Below, piece by piece: positions 1 to 14,025 of a stretch of 64,000 bases of DNA. Each line of letters begins with the position of its first letter. Position 1 is the stretch's first letter. The notes below the pieces were generated by a model. That model saw only the letters and a list, made by a program, of their open reading frames with translations. It was not told where the DNA came from and did not search any database. Both the position numbers and the translations under genes were made by a program. Source of the DNA: Tubulanus polymorphus (taxonomy: Eukaryota > Animalia > Nemertea); assembly GCF_964204645.1 (NCBI RefSeq), contig NC_134027.1, positions 18,190,560 through 18,254,559 of the forward strand, in the 5' to 3' direction.

Positions 1-299
1 GTGATTGTATGTGCCCAATGAAGACAGGGACAGCAAACAAGAAAAAACTAAATGTTAAAATTTCATGTAATAAGGCATCTTGTGCATGTTTTTTATGAGT
101 TGAATCTAAATTGACTCCTTTGGCATTAGTTGAATTTGTGGGCCTAAGCCAACAGGCCCTTGGATGTGTGGATGTAATGAATTGAATTGGACACAGCAAT
201 CCATTTGCAATTTGCTATGGATTTTTCTGCCCTCCCCCCCTACGCGTTGTTGGGGGTATCCGTTCATCTGCCTGCAATGGTTTCTACGCCCCAACACCT

Positions 300-950
300 T
301 AACCCTTAGACAGATTTTCCTGAAATTCTCGAGTTATGTAGTACTATATGAGGTTAGTAAGTGATTAGATTTCGGGTAGATCAAAGGTCAAAGTTAATAG
401 AAGCTGTTATGTTTTTTTCATTTCTGTGATCTATTTCATAGACCGGTTAAGATAATTAGGTGAAATTTTTTGGAGTGCTTATTCTAGAGACCATGAGTAA
501 CTAATTACATTTCTGGTCCTGTTGGTCAAAGGGCAAGGTTGCCAGGAGCCTGTTATGAATTTAAGATTTCTGGTTTCTTTATTCATAAATGGCTTAATAT
601 TAACTTAGTGAAATTTTATGGATGTGTAACCCTAAAGACCATGAGTGACTGATTAGATTTTGGGTCCTGTAGGTCAGAGGTCAAGGTCAACAGCTGTTTT
701 GTGTTTTCAATTTCTAGGCTCTAACTCAAACGGTTTATGGTAACTAACTGAAGCTTTATGGATGGGTTACCCTAGAGAGCGTGAGTAACTGAGTAGATTT
801 CAGGTTCTTTAGATCTAAAGGTCAAGGTCACCAGAAGCTGTTTAGTATTTTTTATCTCCTGCCTTCATAAACGGGTCGACATTCCCTTGGGGTGTATTTT
901 ACGCTTAAGCGTTTCACCTGATGTGAGGGCATCCGTCGTCTTCGGCGACA
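300..950. repeat. Degenerate interspersed repeat with internal tandem units (Helentron/HINE-like)
   Basis: Recurring units gagtgactgattagatttt..ggtc..aaaggtcaaggtca at about 360, 495, 645 and 780; boundaries approximate. Confidence 0.45.
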
Positions 951-2689
951 TTTTAGTTTAAAAACTTAGCCTGAAGATTGGGTCAGGTGAGATGTCCATC
1001 TCTATTGAAAATAAAGGTTGTTGGTCAATTATGGGTGCCAGTGTGGCCATCTTTAATTTCTTGTTTACAAGATGCAGACCGCAATTTTTGATGGATTTCC
1101 TCAATATTTGGTTTGGCAATCAGGGTAAGTAAGCTGTTCACCCTTATTGAATATTGGCTTTCAAATATGGGTGGCATTCCATCTTCGATTTCTTTTTTAG
1201 CACAATACAGCCTGCAATTTAAATTTTGCCTGCCAACCGTTACGGTTTCGCTGTAATACATTGCGTTTGGTATGCCGATAATACGCCGTTGCGATCACAA
1301 TGACAAAAATACAGTGGAAAAAATAAAATGTTGCGTTGTTCTGTTTTGGTTCTATAAGATACGATTGAACTGTAAACATGTTACGATGTTCTGTTGATGT
1401 CTAATAAATTACGTGTTTGAGTTTGTCAGTGATGATAAAATATTTACAAGTACAATCCCCGGCCGACATGTGACGCCACCTGCTTATCACTTATCGGTGT
1501 GCTAACTGTGGCAAGTTTCTTCGGAAAACGGAATTAGGTTGTGTTCGGTTCTTTTTCTGAAGAATCCGGCAAAAGGTAGAGAGTTTCTTTTGTCCAATGT
1601 CGTATAGCGCCACAGCTGTCGAAAATCTAACTAATCTGTCAAACCAGCAATTTTTCCTAGTGAGAAGACGCCACGTTCAGTTCAGTACGCACTGTCTAGC
1701 GTACACAGCTTTTCGTTACAATCACTGCTATTCAGATTTTTGGAAGTCGTGATTTGCGTTCGAAAAAGAAATGGTTTGTCGGAAAGAGTTCAACTTGTCG
1801 CTGGATCCAGCAGATCAGATATTATTTGGACTAATGTAATTTCAACTTGACTTTAGAGCATATCAACAGGTGGCCTAGCTAGGTCAGTTTTGATGTGCTC
1901 TTATTCAAGCTGAATAGACATGTAGGATAATGTATGATAATGAATGTACTTGCGTAGAAATGATAATAAATTATTGTTCCTGTTATACACTTGTAGCTTT
2001 AAGCTATTTGTCCTATAATATATCAGGTGGAATAATTTTTTGATATTGTCCGTTGTACTTGCCAAAGGATTTAGAGATGATTTTATGTTAACCAAATTCA
2101 TTTATTGGTTTTACGTCTATTTCAATTTATATCACAATATTTATCATTGGTGATATAATTCATATGATGGAGATATGGTCATTTGTAATAACGTTGTTTA
2201 TGTTAGCAAAAGATTGCATTTGATATAAAAAAAGCTTAGATATCTTGTTTTATTTCATTGCTATCAAGTATTAATAGATGAGGAGTCTTTCGACAGAGGT
2301 GAAGAATAATTTCGAGATGTATTGTTAGTACTGAGTTCGGCGTATAAAATACACTCAGAAAGTGGAATTAAATTCGATACCTCATAACATTCACACTGAA
2401 TTTTTAGCTTCATTCTTAATAAAGGACATCCCATTTACCCTCCCCCCCTCCCCCCGGTCAGTTGCAGTGTAAGTAATTAAAATGTCACCGACTCTCAATG
2501 AGAAAGACAATCGCTATTTTTATATCAAAGTATCCCAAGGAAATTAGGGATACGAACCTTTATTTATACTTTATTATTATTGGTACTAATTATATTGGTA
2601 CTCATTTATACTGGTACTCAGCGTCTCGTGGCAGCGCCACCGGTACTGTCAATCGGACATGATAAACTTTCTACCTTTTCCTAGAATCC

Positions 2690-2985
2690 GTAGTAAGGAA
2701 AATGGACGATATTACAATATTGAATTGAAATATTCTCTAAATCATGCATATTGTTCCACAAGCTGGATTTCACTGTCGGTTACGGGGGTCGTGATAATGT
2801 GAAGCGGTGTGTTACAACGATGCGTCATATAGGTAACAGCCAGGTTGGTGCGCAGATTTCGACATTTTTAAAACGTTAATCCAAGAATTTTGATGTGATT
2901 CTTGCGGAAACCCTGTTTACATCATTTCTTGTCGAGCACAATATACCACTAGCAGTGGTATTGTAGGATGCCAGTGCTGTTACAG
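2690..2985 (+). pseudogene. 5' fragment of hAT-like transposase
   Basis: Translates to VILAETLFTSFLVEHNIPLA, matching the post-BED-finger segment also seen at 5830-5900. Confidence 0.5.
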
Positions 2986-4048
2986 GGAAACTGCTATACG
3001 TTACGGGTTAATTTGGACAGTACATTCAGACATTTTGGTACCATTACGTAATCTGTCAAATTGGTGATGTTACTGAGAAACTCCTATATGTTACTGGCAA
3101 AATTCAGAATTGTTCAGACATAGTCAAACTCAATCTTGGTAGGTCTGAGTATGTGAGATGACCACCTAATTGAAAATAGACCTCATCAGCCTTCAAATAT
3201 GGCCGCCAGGGCAGCCATCTTGAATTTCCTGCTGGCTTGAAACAGCTTGCAATTCTTGATGCTTTTTCATCGAAAGTGGATGGATTTGGGTTGGTCCTCT
3301 TATTGAAAATTGAGGTCATCCGTCTTAGGTTTCTTAAATTCAAGCCAAATTCTGTGATTGAAGCGTCATACTGGTCAGAACTTTAGATAGAGATAGAGTG
3401 TCAAATGAGCGATTTAGCCATTATAAAATCACAACGGTAAAACATAACAATTCATATTTGAGATTGATATATTCCAACATCATTGATTTTGCTGATTCAG
3501 AAATAAACAACTATTTAGCATTGTTCACAAAGATCAATGGGTGTGACAGCAAAGCATCTAGAATAAATTGCGGGATTTTAGGCACCACTAGTTTAGTTTA
3601 GGATGGCATCATTTAATGTGTATGGCATCCTTGATCGAATATTCAAGGTCACTATTTTCACGGTCCAAGATAGATGGTCCATCATTTTCTATTTTGGCCA
3701 GTGAAAATAATGATTTAGTCATGTGGGCTTGTATGTCCTTCTATACATATCCACTTCATATGTTTATCATACCCAATGAGGCTGAAATGGATTGGCAAAA
3801 TCAATCATGTTGGAATTCACTAATCTCATAATGAATTTTGCTATGATGGCACTACCCTTAATCAATGACATAAATTATTTATTTCCCATACGAAACCAAA
3901 CAAATGTATAATTCCAAAATGTATGATCAAAATGAAAAACACTGTTGAACCGATGGTTTTGATGCCATTGGTTAACCGATGCAAACATTTCTGAAAATGG
4001 AGGGAGACTTAAAAAAAGAGTGTTCACCATGCCTGGGTATTCATGTTC

Positions 4049-7000
4049 CAGAGCTGCCAACTGTCCCGCGTTTTGCGGGACAGTCACAGAATTTCATAGT
4101 TTGTTCTGCTATCCCGGCAAGCATTAAAATGTCACAGATTTTCATGGTTGAAGACCATATAGGGATCGTCGCTGGTAAAAATTCTGCCGTTCACCGAACA
4201 ACACCCATAGTATCTCTACTGCCATGGTTATAGTCCCATAATGCTGCATCGATATAGAACTGATAATCCGATCAAAAGTTGTCTGTAACACGTCATTTGC
4301 CTATATCAATGATCCTAGCTATGAATATCATAGCCTGTTGTACCTAAAGGTCCCAAAATCGCGATGAATAATGGAAGGTTTTGAGGCGCATGAAGGGCTC
4401 ACCATATCAGTGAATTGTCAATATCGTTTTTACCCAGTAATGAAGTGTTATCCCCATCACTATCTTCACAGGTGCTCGCGCACTGATACATTCGTAAGTA
4501 GTTCATAGATACTGCGCAGTTCGTGGTTTACACTGACAGCGAAAGTATCGGTAGGTTGGTCTCTGCTGTGTTCGTCAGTCGCTAGCCCGCATTTTATTTC
4601 TTGAAAGCACTGCGAGTGAGGGATTTTCTTCGTGCAATCAAAATTACCAGTATCACATCTACGCAAACTAGGTCATTCAAATATGCAGTATTCTCAGGAA
4701 TACGCTGAGTTAGCACGTGTAGTAGGCTAGTGACTTAGTGTGTAGGGACAGCAGTGCTATATACACAGCGAGATAAGCTGCTGCGTCCTGCCTAAAACAG
4801 AGGCCGACTCGGATTGACTAACGCAATAAATAAGCTGTTCGGCGCACAGGTGGTAGAAACAAATATGAGATATATATAAAAACATATGAGAAATGCAGGG
4901 TTTTGGTGATTGTTAAAAGAACGTCCGTTAGTCGTTACTTTTTATTTGTGGAAAATTTACTAGCGTGTATCCATTGCCAAGACGAACACATCAGGCGTGA
5001 AGCCCTAAGGGGATCTTTTGAGGATTGTGGGAGCCATTGTAATGTCATCACGCAGTCTTTGTCGTAATTATAACTACCACTTCAGTCGTAGTTAGTGCCT
5101 GTCCCATGAACTTCATTCATTCATTGAAGCCTCATGCATGCCCAAAGAACACAGTTTCATTGGCTATCGTGCAGACTATACCATTATGGAATATAGGGCG
5201 GGAAGAATTGTCCGGGCGATTACACTATACTTTTTAGGGAAGTTAGATATGGCCTGTGCGCTGACACTACATCGCACTGTATGCATCATCATTTGCCATT
5301 TTATGAAAAGCTGACAGGCTGGCCATAGTGCCCCTTGGGGCTCTTGTTATATCTTAAAATATTTTCAATGGAAAGTTGGCGATTGTTCGCTAGCGGTTGT
5401 TTTTGTCGCGAGATGTCGGAAGGAATGAATTGTAGTACGGCAAGTGAACACTGTGGCGCTAGTGGTCAGTACTCTAGCATTAATGAAATGTGGCAAGTGA
5501 CCACTGTGGCGCTAGCAGTCGGCACTTAATTTTACCAATTCAAAATGGCGACTGGTGGCTATGGTGAACGGGATAAACCTCCAAATAAAAGATGTCGGCT
5601 CACCGTGTTTAACATTGAAAATTCGAAAGAGTTTCCCCTCATAAAAGATCCAACAAATTAGCAAACTATGCATATTGTACGGCTTGCGATGTTCAGTTAT
5701 CGATTTCCCATGGAGGAATAAATGAGATCAGACATCATCACCAGATGGTAAAACACAAGGCAATGGCATTAATCGTTGGAAATTCCGCTAAAATGACATC
5801 ATTTCTTGCTTTCACGCAGTAGATGATCTTGTTGTAAAAGCTGAAGCCCTCTTCTGTGGCTACTTAGCCAAACATACCAATGGCTGCAAGTGACCATTTC
5901 GGTAGGTTTTGATTTACACACTTTACACATTTTTCAAGGATTAAGGAACAGAGGCAGCTTTAAAAAGATATAGTCACATATGAAAAAGAGGGATGTTCTT
6001 GTTCTTTTTCTTGTTCGTTCTTGTTCTTCTACGGATACTGTGTCGACCACGATGGCGTGTATGCTGACATCCATACGTGGCGTTTAAAATTTATTTTCAT
6101 CGATGTAACAAATCGGATTTTTGCTACGTAAGCGTATGGTAAGCCAAAAATAATTTTTTGTTTCCTAATCCAATCCAATGCAATTAAAGCTTGAATGGGT
6201 TCGGCTGTGTCTACCTTTTTATGTATTCTTCCAGATTTTTATCTTTCAGGAGAACTACTGCGCACGATGTTGCGACAAGACAATCCAATGTTGCTGCCAC
6301 AAGTAATCAAGAAATTTTCTTGTGGAAGGACAAAGGCAAGGTATATTCTTAGAGAACTGGTGCAACATACACAGGCATCTTTGGTAGAGCAGATGATACA
6401 GGGACCTTTTTCACTGTCAACTGATGGCGGTCACGAAAGATGTCAATAAGAAAAACTGCATCTATGTTAGACCGCGAAGGGCATTCAACTGGTGTGATTA
6501 TCACCAAAATGGTCTTAGGAGCTCTTGACATAACAAGAATATCAATGAATAACTGCATGACCCTATGTACAGATAATGCGAATGTGATGGTTGGTTGCAG
6601 GAAGGGGGTGTATGGCAGACTGCAAAGTACAACCCAAGTTGTACCTTGCTGTGTGTGTTTGTCATTTACTTCACCTGTCAGCTGAGTGGGGTGGCAAACA
6701 ACTACCAGTGGATGTATCAGGATTTTTCCATGATATATATTATTATATGGAGAAGAGTGCTGATAGATTGCGAAATTTTGAAGAAGAGCAGATTTCACAT
6801 GATCTCCCTTTACATAAGGTGCCAAAGCATGTGGCCACTAGATGGTTATCCCTAGAGCAAACTGCTATATTCTTCCTAGAGAATTGGCATGCACTTGGAA
6901 AGTTCTTCAAAAAAGAAATTGAAAGTGACAAAAATTTCATTAAGCAGTTAATTATGAGAAATCCTGTTCCGATAGAAAGAAGGAGGCTCATGACAGTCTA

Positions 7001-8095
7001 AAGTCAAGTCAATGAGGTTATATTTAATGTTTCTTGTGTATGTGTTAAAGAAATTCAATCATGTCAACCAGATCTTTCAAAGTGAAAAACCTCTCATTCA
7101 CAAACAGAGAGCCATTCTGTTTCAATATTTTAAAGTTTGTTGGTGTGCTATCAAACACCGAGATCTAGTTGAAGTAAAATTCATGCTGAGTTATAATATC
7201 AAAAAGCATAGTGATATAGTTGTTGGAGATGAAGTCAGGAAATTCATAGAGAAGAAGAAAATTTCTTGTGAGAAACGACGAATTTTTTCCAAAATGTTGT
7301 AAAGTATTCGCAAGCAGCATGCTCTTATAAAATCAAAAAATTTCCATTGAATCTCCCATTGCAAAAAAATGCTGAAGTGGCTGATGTGCGTAAACAATGT
7401 GTTGCCAAATCCTCTCGAATTAGGTATTTTATTCAGAGATATCCAAAGGTTCTACCTGCTGGTTGTGATATTGACGCAATTGAAAAAGAGTTCACTCTGT
7501 ATTTAGTTGAAGGTTTACCTGAAAAAATTCACCACACAGCAATGCCACTTCTGAATGGGTTTTCAGCCTAGTTAGAAAACGTAAGACCGACTTTAGGTCA
7601 TCAATGTGTAGACTCTTGAAAACTTGCTTGTATTAAATCAAGCGGGTACAATATGCCACAAGAGGAAATTTCCCAAAGATTTGTTAGAGCGAAGCAAGTC
7701 TGCTACTAAACGTGGTCTTGAAAATCCCCATTTGATGACCATTGCTAGAAATGCTCAAGTGACACTCTGTTCTTAGGTTTTAGATAGATATGATGTATGT
7801 GATGTTGACATGATTGGACAATTAATAATATACGTATTACGTATACGTGTAATATTTTAATATTATAACTATTAAGTAATTCTTAGTTGATTTTTTGTGT
7901 TCTTTGGGTTAGATTTTATGAATAAATTTTCTGTGAACTTTTCAATTTTCTTTCATGGTCTAGCTCGTCACGACACCTGGGCACAATATAAGTGCCTAAT
8001 ATAAGGTCAAAAAGCTAAAATGCTGAAATTTTAGGATGTCCGAGCAAATAGGAATCTGTGTCCCTCAAAATATATTTCAGGGGATGGCAGCTCTG
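4049..8095 (+). mobile_element. hAT-superfamily DNA transposon, degenerate, with secondary insertions at about 4140-5350
   Basis: TIRs CAGAGCTGCCA (4049) / TGGCAGCTCTG (8095); ATGTTC direct repeat on both flanks (4043-4048, 8096-8101); transposase inside. Confidence 0.85.
5545..7720 (+). pseudogene. hAT transposase, frameshifted, with probable intron about 5903-6249
   Basis: BED-like AYCTAC..SISHGG; FSLSTDG; CTDNANVMVG; CVCHLLHL; TRWLS motifs across ORFs 6195-7571; GTAGGT...TTTCAG intron signals. Confidence 0.85.
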
Positions 8096-8742
8096 ATGTT
8101 CACTTTCCCAAATTGTCTGGAACTTTTTATTAAGTCTCCTTGGACCTCTTGTTATTCATCGACTTTATTTAGATAAATTTATATAACGAAATATTGTTGA
8201 ATCTTTCAAAACCAGTTAAATCCTTACAAAGTAACAAAAGCATTTTATATATTATTATCCATATAAGGCTTAATGAAATTGATACCTTGTTTCTCCGCTC
8301 TACTGAGCTTAAAAGTTGACACAGCCTGCCAACTATCTGCCAACCTACGCATTACTTTTTTTAAATCGTAATCAATTTGACCATAACAGAGCCGGCTGCT
8401 ATAGAAATGAACTGTTAACAAATTTTATCATATTTTTCAAAAATGACCCGGCCTCTGCCGAGAAATAAGGTATCATTTTTGTTTAGCCTTAGTAATGAAA
8501 AAAAACATTAATGTGATAATTAATGTGGCCTTGAAATGTTCTTCAAAAATCAGGGAATTTTTACTTCTTTAGAGAATTGTGAAGTATTACCTACAACCGT
8601 TTAGGCGGGGATGACGATCGTAGTTGATAGCCTTGTTATATCTTATCCTGGGAGTTATTTCCCCTATTACAGTATAAAAGTCTCAGAAGATATCAGACCC
8701 CAAGGGTCTCTGACAAAGATTTCATCATGTTTTCTCTTTTAG

Positions 8743-8971
8743 TAATATACCACCTCACGGAAATATTCTTTCATTGTATGGAATAAAGACCACTAGCTCT
8801 GTGTGCTACTTGATAGAAGAACGGGGCAGAGACAGATTGGATAAAGTATTAAATATAGAAGTACCATTAGAACGGAGACTGATACAATGGGGAACTGAAA
8901 TAGCAGAGGTTCTTCTTCATTTACTAAGGAATGGATATGTTTACAGTGATCTAAAACTAGAAAATATCATG
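8743..8971 (+). CDS. Host protein kinase-like gene, internal exon (subdomains IV-VIb)
   Basis: Acceptor tttctcttttAG (8742); NIPPHGNILSLYG...YLIEE...IAEVLLHL...YVYSDLKLENIM; followed by GCAAGT donor. Confidence 0.8.
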
Positions 8972-10749
8972 GCAAGTATTAAATATACTGATCAACATTT
9001 ACTGAATAGCATAGATGGAAGGTTTTTCTGGGTTACCAGTGTGAAAATGTGTGAAATACTGTCTCTGATGATAGGAATATAGAGATGTGTGTAAGGTTTG
9101 ATCTCTGAATTGTATGCGTATTTCTCAGGCTTATATATACTGGTAGGTTGTGGTGCCAATTTAGCCAAAGCGCAAGAACATATCTGACACTTCTGCTGTG
9201 GCAAATTAAACTCCCCCAAATTATTATAACCTCGGGGATATTTGTGCCCATGAACCGCACCTGTGTTGAAGCTACGTTACTGCCATAACTCACAAACCAG
9301 AGTAGTATAGTCGGTGTCAGAAAAATACCACCTGCTCTCGTAAGCTTAGATTTTCCCAGAAGTTCCCAGCTTCCCTCGTATATGAGCATTTTTTGGCAAT
9401 TGGGTACACAGAATCAAGGATAAGAAAAAATATCACCTGTCCCAGCTACTGTTGATGAGTCATAGGCGCCAGATCCCCAGCCCCCAACACCAATACGCAA
9501 AGGTCAGCACTCCCCCTCGACTGACTCTTCAACCAAATTTTCTCTAATCTTATATACTCATCGAAACATGCAGTTGGTTATTGCTCGGTAAGCATACGAT
9601 GCGTGTTAAACTGACCAAATAGGGTGGATATTGTGCCCATCATTTGTGGTTCATAAGAAACAGAGAGCACAAGCTGCCAAAACCCTGTCACAAGTGTAGA
9701 CGGGGTATGCGGTGTAAATATTAGATTTGCCTGTATTGTATTGCGGTCGAGAGGGTGTAAGGATAGCAGTGTAAGGATAGCACTAAACAGGGATTGAAGA
9801 GGGCAAAAACAGCTTTCAAGCTAGTTCTCGGTAAACTGAATACAAAGTTTTGAGACGGTGTCGTAGGTGGGGGCTCTGTTCGGGGTGAGGGGTGGATTCA
9901 AATTTTCTGACCATGAACATAGCTGGGTGCAAAACCAGAACTGTCAACCGTCCCGTTTTTGCCGGGACTTGTCCCGTGGACACGGCACTTGTCACGGTGT
10001 CCCTGACAGTATTAAATTGTCCCGGTTTTTAATATATTGAGAAAAATATATTGAGATTTCTCGAGTGTCCCGGCTGACATTCCCAATGTACCGCGCAATC
10101 AATAAACCACTGTTTTTTCCTGCTGTGTGTATCTGTATACATAGTCCCTAACTATTTGGCCTACGTATGTTTCCATCTACAGGCGAATGAGGTGACGCGT
10201 CGATGCCTGGTAGCCTTGGCATCACTGGACGTTTTTTTTTCGTGAATATTTACCAGCTATGCTCGTATAGAAATCAATCTAAATTTAGGCCAGCACATCC
10301 CAGTGAATCGGGTTCAGCTAATGTAAACAAATTTTTATCAGCGGCATCCGCCTCATTGTGCTGGAAATATAATGTACTCTACTATACATAGCGGATATTA
10401 CGGAGATAAATAGATGGAAATAAACCTTCCGGGGGATGCCAGGCAGCCCCGGTCGAAGGTAAAAAAATTTTTTTTCATACCCGGGGTCCTATCAACCCAG
10501 ATTTTCAAAACCAACCAGACAACCAGAAACATTCTATTTTAGCCAATTCTCGTAATAATTTTCGATAAAAGTTGAGAAATGCATTTGTTTGTCAAATTTT
10601 TTGTTGAGTCCCTGAGTGTCATCAAATTGTCCCAGATTTTTTTCTTATGTAAAATTTTGTCCCAGTGCGAGTATATATGTGCGAGTATATAGTCCCTGGC
10701 ACTATGTCCCTGCCAAATGTGTCTGGTCCCTGAAAAAAATTTTAATGTA

Positions 10750-11790
10750 CCTGAAAGGATTTTCCAAGGTTGGCGGCTCTGCAAAACTGACTACTACAAA
10801 AACAAGGAGAAAGTGCAGACCTTCAGAGACCTAAAACGTTTAGGGAGTGACATCAGTGTAAAATTACCTGGAAGGACCACAAGGAACTGCCAGATAGAGG
10901 CCATCTTTCAGACTAAAGCCCAGAAGTTCATGAATTGAGTAACTAGGGCTGCCAGACAGGCAACATAACCCGCTATCACGAGAGAGGATGTGACGTATCC
11001 CCACAAGAAGTCTAAATGGGTGAGGGAGTTGTGGACAAAGATTGTAGACAAAATTGTGAAGAAAGAGATTACTGCGATCATAGTACACCGGGTGAAATCA
11101 CTGGCGAACACCGCTTTCTATCTCAGATGTATATGTATATGTAGGAATAAAGGGATGAAGGCATTGGCTTCATACCAGGACAAATTATGTTTCTTCCTGT
11201 GTTTAGCAGTACATCTGGGTTTGCGTGTAGATAGAAGTATGCTCAGGGTCAGGCAATTAGCTACAGTTCTATCAGTCCCGCCAACTACTATCGGATGTGA
11301 AGACCACGCATTCTTGATAGCGGACAGGTCAAGGAAACCGACCAATGAGTATATGTACAGAACATGCTATGCCAGGTTTACAAAGTCTTCCGATCTGCAG
11401 ATGCACACGATGGACAAGTGTTCGGGTGGAGTGACGAAGGTTATATGTCCAGGTGAGAGGGTAGATAGAATGATGGGGGCCTATGAAAGGACATTCTATC
11501 CAGAAGTTGGTAGCTATTGCAGGGCCGCGGTAGCGTGGATAGAGATTAAAGCAAAGCAAAAGAATTCGTACATACACCACGCCCTATGCAGGCACATAGG
11601 AGACAGATTTATTGCCGGAGCAAAGATCGATGGTAACGACCCAATGTCTAACATGGTGCATCAGTTTCAATGGTGTCATTAGCAGAGATGTCCAGATTAC
11701 GATCTGGATGAGGATTTGAATAAGAAGACATTGCAACAGGAGGTGGCAACAGTGGATGCAGGGTATAACTTGATGACTATGTGGGAATGT
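10750..11790 (+). pseudogene. Fragment of a second, GC-richer Polinton pPolB N-terminal region with Vsr-like nuclease motif
   Basis: DKLCFFLCLAVH; IDG..(V)HQFQWCH...GYNLMTMWEC resembles the YQFHGC.WH...GY..WEC motif of Polinton polymerases. Confidence 0.55.
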
Positions 11791-13802
11791 CGGGTCAATT
11801 AAACAAAAGTGCGATTTCGCTTCGAAGACGGTCGTATCCCCACTTAATTTGTCCTATACCGGAGCTAGCTACGTGTCATTTTGACCGATAGTACTTAGAA
11901 AGTTGGAATGGTCCAGTGGACAGGCACATTAGTGATTGCTTCAAAAATGGTTATCAGCTGGCTCTAAACTGGGGGGTTGGGCCACCTGCAGCCCTTAAGA
12001 TTTAGTGGTTTAGGGTGTGAATTTTACCCATTTTACTTATGATCAGTTTACTTATTTATGAGATCACCAGATGATATGTGGTATTATTTCATAACTGCTC
12101 ATCACTGGACTGCATTTCAGATTCATTGTCATCCCATCTTCCATTTCATTAGTTTCATCATCATCTGCTACGTTATCGTCATCTGAAAATAGAAATTGAA
12201 TTGGGAATAACTCAAAAACCTATTACCATCAAGATATTTTGAAGCAGTTGATAGGCAAAAATCATTCTATGATCACATGCATCATCAGTTGAAGCTTTTT
12301 CATCAAGTGTCCTTGGACAGACCTCCCCATCAAATCATATCTTGAACTGGGTTTCATCTTCTTTCCACCCAAATTTTTCGGGCAGTAGGCTTGGCTAATT
12401 AGCTACAAAGCACCCTATCCATCTGTGTGAAACCAGGCATGCTCTTTTAATTTTTTTTTGTTTCAGAACCCTAGAGCAAGGAGGCAATGCACTGCCATCA
12501 GACGACATCGTAAGCTTATCGTCAGTTTAGAAATATATGAAGACGCGCCTCGTCAGCAGAATTCAATTTTTTTTCTCACATAAATTTGACGAATTTCTCA
12601 ATTTCGCAGCTTTTTTCCTCAATGTCTGATGAATGTCAATTTATCCTAGGACCTTTTGTGCTGCATCACTGGTTTCTAATTGTTTAAATGGTTTCACTTT
12701 GCCCCTGGTGCTTCCATGAGTCCGTTAATCTAGTGTTAATGTAATATGTCGCATTGAATTGTTGATGCCAGTCTTGCCTCAATCCGCACTTTGACTTGAG
12801 AATTCGTGATAAAGTCAGGCCATTGACTAAACAATCAGTGTCATTTGTTCGAACGACTACATTTGTTGAGTAAGCACTTTCTGAGAACTTCAAATTAAGG
12901 ACCATCCTACTGTCTGCCTCCTTGTTGTCACAGCAAAGGTTAGTTTCAACAGTTCTCGCAAGGTGTCCATGATGACATATAACATGTGGCATTGAAGTTA
13001 GCATATAATTTCTTGATTTCTTAAAGCTGTTGATTAGAAAATTTCACAAATGATTCTTTGTTACTTGAATTGCTTAGCGCTTGCAGTCAGTTTCCTGGTA
13101 TTTTCTGTGTAGGGCCCGTTATCTGATATGATGGGGCTGATAATAAGGATCTAAGGTCCCTCTCACAATCTTTAATAATAGGTGAAATCCACTTATCGGC
13201 CAGAAAGTGGATTGCCTGGCCATCCATATTGAGTATCCACTGGAGAAGAAACTTCCACTCAAGGTTGAAGGCTGGACAGAATTGTTCTGTAGGGATGGAG
13301 AAAGAAGGAACCATCAATTATTGTGCTGCAATTGACTCTAGTGGGGCACTTGTTACTTTTGTTTTAAGATGAGCCATTAGTTCAGATTTTGGAGTTTTTT
13401 GCAGAGACCATCGTCATGACTTATAATTGACAGAGGGACCGGTGTGAGAGGATACGTTAAAACCTCTGCCATATCTACTTTCTGCTGTATGGATTGATAC
13501 AAGATACTACCGAATAGGTCACGGACCATGCATGCAGGAGCTTCTTGGGCCCCTCGTCCTTTTGAATTTGTCTTAACTTTTGTCACAAATGTGCAGACCT
13601 TCTGTCGATTTAATCTTCTTCCAAATCTCTTTGGGTCGTCTTGACATTCTTTGATGAACTTCTGTCTTTCCTGATCTCCAAGATTTGGTGCGTTTAATAA
13701 GAACTCTTCAGCTTTGGCGCTAACAGCTTTGCCTGTTCCATTGTTAAAAAGGTACCGAGAATCAACACTTGTATCAAATGGAATTATGGTTTTATTCGTC
13801 AT

Positions 13803-14025
13803 CTCACCAACATTATGGAACTTACTTCCAAAACATACTCAGGAGAGTGAGTTGATTGAAATCTTCAAGAAGAAACTAAAAACACATACTTTTAATGAAA
13901 CTTACAACTGATTTAGCTCAAGGGAATACTGTATTATCTGTAATGTTGAATAATTTTTCTGTAAAGCACTCTGAGTCATGAGATTTAGCGCTATATAAAA
14001 ATGAATTTCTATTATATTATCATAA
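13803..14025 (+). mobile_element. 3' end of L2/CR1-type LINE
   Basis: PTLWNLLP...FKKKLKTHTF C-terminus followed by tgtaaagc...gcgctatataaa and an AT-rich tail. Confidence 0.6.

Noticed and set aside
106-2101. Short ORFs in the ORF track as genes (also those within HINE/MITE copies)
   Set aside because: No motifs, many have non-ATG starts, and similar ORFs recur only because the repeats recur
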